From a virus (Duplodnaviria > Caudoviricetes), in the IMG/VR virus record IMGVR_UViG_2859564202_000001: a stretch of 64,000 nt of DNA; one strand, written 5' to 3'. The notes beneath the pieces were generated by a model. It saw nothing but the letters and a program-made list of their open reading frames with translations, ran no database searches and was not told the origin of the DNA. A program made the position numbers and the translations under genes. Below are positions 61,661 through 64,000 of this stretch, piece by piece; positions within the stretch are counted from its first letter, which is position 1; every line of letters begins with the position of its first letter.

Positions 61661-61692
61661 ACACCCAAACACAACAAGAAAGAAACACCACT

Positions 61693-61929
61693 ATGGCACA
61701 ATACCGCGTCAGTTTTATCGCGCTCGCCGAGTCAACCATCGAGGTCGAAGCAGACAGTCCTGAAGAAGCACTCGACCTAGCCAATGCAGAATTTGACTAC
61801 CCGGTCACCTTGGCCGGCGATCCCTATGAGCTGCACGACTGGGAAGCACGCGCTGAAATTGAATGGCTCGATACCAGCTCGACCCCGCAGCAACGCCTTG
61901 GAGAACATGTCGTCAAGATCGAAGATTAA
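61693..61929 (+). CDS. Small acidic protein (DpnD/PcfM-like), tandem paralog 1
   Basis: YRVSF......IEVEADSPEEALDLA. Confidence 0.75.
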   Translation: MAQYRVSFIALAESTIEVEADSPEEALDLANAEFDYPVTLAGDPYELHDWEARAEIEWLDTSSTPQQRLGEHVVKIED

Positions 61930-61970
61930 ACTCGATCATTAAACACACTCTTAAGATAAGGACACTAATT

Positions 61971-62207
61971 ATGGCAACCCACCGCGTTCATTTTGTCGCA
62001 ACCGCATCCGCCTACATCGACGTTGAGGCAGATTCCCCCGAAGATGCTATAGAAAAAGCGTATGATCTCGCCGGTGATCTGCCCGGCCTCATCGCCGACA
62101 ACGAATTTGATCTCGGTGAATGGGAGGTACAGGCCGATGTCCAGTGGCCTGATAACTCTGTACCTCGCGAGCAACGCCTTGAAGAGGGCGTTGACCTGCT
62201 CGATTAA
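61971..62207 (+). CDS. Small acidic protein (DpnD/PcfM-like), tandem paralog 2
   Basis: TAAGGA RBS; HRVHF......IDVEADSPEDAIEKA. Confidence 0.75.
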   Translation: MATHRVHFVATASAYIDVEADSPEDAIEKAYDLAGDLPGLIADNEFDLGEWEVQADVQWPDNSVPREQRLEEGVDLLD

Positions 62208-62220
62208 ACAGAATTAACTC

Positions 62221-62275
62221 AAACCCCCTCGTGCTTCTGCGTTTTTCGCAGCTGCACGAGGGGGTTATTTTTTTA
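62221..62275 (+). terminator. Intrinsic terminator
   Basis: aaccccctcgtgc...gcacgagggggtt followed by a T run. Confidence 0.8.
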
Positions 62276-62567
62276 AGGACCGCACGACTGGTGGTGGTGC
62301 CAGATGAAAAAGAGATGAGTGCACACGCCAGGCGTGCACAAGGTGTCCAGTCCTTGCTGCTGTGTGGGACAGCAGCCGGGGTGGAGTGCGAAGATCAGGG
62401 GTACAGGTTATCTGTTCTGGTTAAGGCTTACAGTTAGCACTAACGTGCTAACACTGCTCAAGGTGCCAACACGTGCATGTCGTGCACCTTTGATACCTTA
62501 AACACAGTTAACAACCACAAGCTCAAGATCTATTAAAAAACACTCAACCACAAAGGAAACAATCACC

Positions 62568-62843
62568 ATGTTCGTCGCATTTATGATCCCTATTGTTATG
62601 GCACTTGGTGCCATGGCTGTTATTACCCTCTTTGGGCAAAACCCATCCCAGCGCCGCAAGCGCGCCCAACAGCAATCCAAAGATCGCTACGAGGGCGCTA
62701 TTCGCTCCGGTCAATTTATTGACCACTGCAACTGCCCACGTTGCCGACGCAACTGCCGTCGCCGGCACAAGAAGCTCAAAGGCTTCAGCGGATACCCCGA
62801 TGAAATTCTGGGGAAGTATCCTGTTAAATACCTTTCCAGTTAA
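62568..62843 (+). CDS. Small membrane-anchored basic protein with a CxCxxC motif
   Basis: AAAGGA RBS; N-terminal TM; HCNCPRCRRNC. Confidence 0.6.
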   Translation: MFVAFMIPIVMALGAMAVITLFGQNPSQRRKRAQQQSKDRYEGAIRSGQFIDHCNCPRCRRNCRRRHKKLKGFSGYPDEILGKYPVKYLSS

Positions 62844-62914
62844 CAACACCCAACAACAGCGCTAGAAAAAATGCCTGTGGTTGGGTGTTTTTTTTGAAAC
62901 TCACTGCCGAGTGT

Positions 62915-64000
62915 TTAGCGCGCCATGCGCTTTGCTAGCTCTTCATCACGCTCGCCTGAGTGCTGATAACGCAGTGCTGCACTAGGTGTTGAGTGCCCCA
63001 GCCGCGCCATCACCTCCTTGAGTGTCGCCCCAACCTGTGCATACTTCGTACCCGAATAATGCCTCATCGAGTGAACGGTCGCTTTACTGTGGACACTTTC
63101 CCGCGCCCTATCCCAGTTGTGCTTAAAGGTGTGATACGGCATGGGTTCATCAGGATCTCTCATCGAGCTCCATAGTCGCAAACCCACATCAATCGTGTCC
63201 ACATGCTTGGCAATTTCTGCTGCATCTTTGCCATAGATATAGAGGCTACGAACACCAGCTTCAGTTTTAGGCGGACCTTCAACTCGGCCATGGTATCTCG
63301 TGTGCCTAATGCTCCGAGAAATCCTTATTCGAACACAATCTACAAATCCGCTGCGATCAAAATAAACATCCACATCAGTGGTACGCAGCGCAACGATTTC
63401 ACCGAATCGAAGTGCACCAGCGGCAGCAACAATAGCCAAACAAAAGTACTTACTCGGCAGTGCACCAATGATCGCCTCAAGCTCGGCATCGGTTGGGACA
63501 TCAACCTTTTTGCCTGTTTTCGTATTACCCCCGCCACGGACTTTGCACGGATTCATCGGGATAATGCCATCCTCCACTGCAGTCTCCATGACAGACTTCA
63601 TCATGCTGTAACTCCGCGCCATTGAGGTCAATTTACCGTCCTGAATAGTATCGCTATACCACTCACGGACATCAGCGACAGTGATTTCACAGAGCGCATA
63701 ATCAGCCCAATAACTTAGTCGATCTGATTTTATATAACGAAAGTAATCATCTTTCACCCCTTGGCTGAGTTTCTTTCCTTGGGCATTTGTCCGGGTTTCT
63801 ATCCACCTCGATGCATAACTGAAGAAGGTCTCCATCATGCGTTCTTCGGCTTCGCGCTGTGCCTGCTCGAACCTCTCCCGCATCTCAAAATCCATCCATG
63901 TGCCATTGATGATGGCCGTGCGTTCAGAGGCCAAGAACTCCTGCGCCTCACCCTTGGTACCGAAGGTATACGGGGCAGAGTATCGCCTACCCTCGTGCAT
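62915..64000 (-). CDS. int: Tyrosine recombinase/integrase (5' end probably outside the window)
   Basis: ALRFGEIVALR, PKT.AG.R, HSMRH, RLGH, RYQH catalytic residues. Confidence 0.95.
   Translation of the reverse strand: MHEGRRYSAPYTFGTKGEAQEFLASERTAIINGTWMDFEMRERFEQAQREAEERMMETFFSYASRWIETRTNAQGKKLSQGVKDDYFRYIKSDRLSYWADYALCEITVADVREWYSDTIQDGKLTSMARSYSMMKSVMETAVEDGIIPMNPCKVRGGGNTKTGKKVDVPTDAELEAIIGALPSKYFCLAIVAAAGALRFGEIVALRTTDVDVYFDRSGFVDCVRIRISRSIRHTRYHGRVEGPPKTEAGVRSLYIYGKDAAEIAKHVDTIDVGLRLWSSMRDPDEPMPYHTFKHNWDRARESVHSKATVHSMRHYSGTKYAQVGATLKEVMARLGHSTPSAALRYQHSGERDEELAKRMAR

Noticed and set aside
1-64000. Phage structural genes, tRNA/rRNA genes, att sites, relaxase
   Set aside because: None recognisable by eye; the att site probably lies beyond the integrase, outside the window.

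Overview
Mobile-element DNA from a high-GC actinobacterium. Gene content and order (LGFP proteins, type IA topoisomerase, helicase, pentapeptide protein, terminal tyrosine integrase) match my recollection of the right arm of the Corynebacterium glutamicum CGP3 island, probably including the CGP4 segment; this identification is not database-checked. No virion structural genes are recognisable, and the backbone looks conjugative/ICE-like. Layout: (i) 1-3 kb: a large membrane protein running off the left edge and a lipoprotein. (ii) 3.4-12.4 kb: a defence-like cassette cluster (AbiTii-domain protein, M.EcoRI-like remnant, DUF4365 protein, toxin-antitoxin-SecB-chaperone operon, SDH/Clp-fold protease with upstream peptide). 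(iii) 12-26 kb: secreted proteins and lipoproteins, YPDG/Rib paralogs, duplicated gene fragments and an intact IS3 element. (iv) 26-37 kb: degenerate VirB4-like protein, PrgI-like membrane protein, topoisomerase, an origin-like region with nested inverted repeats, a helicase-nuclease fusion. (v) Two LGFP-repeat secreted proteins with unrelated C-terminal domains, each followed by a cytoplasmic gene. (vi) 40.6-64 kb: thermonuclease, two unannotated PorH/PorA-like peptide genes, a long co-oriented array of small genes with ssb and structured intergenic elements, and an integrase. Best novel candidates: the porH-porA-like peptide operon (44589-44904), the TAC operon (7598-9059), the LGFP toxin/immunity-like pairs and the nested palindromic origin (32555-33165).
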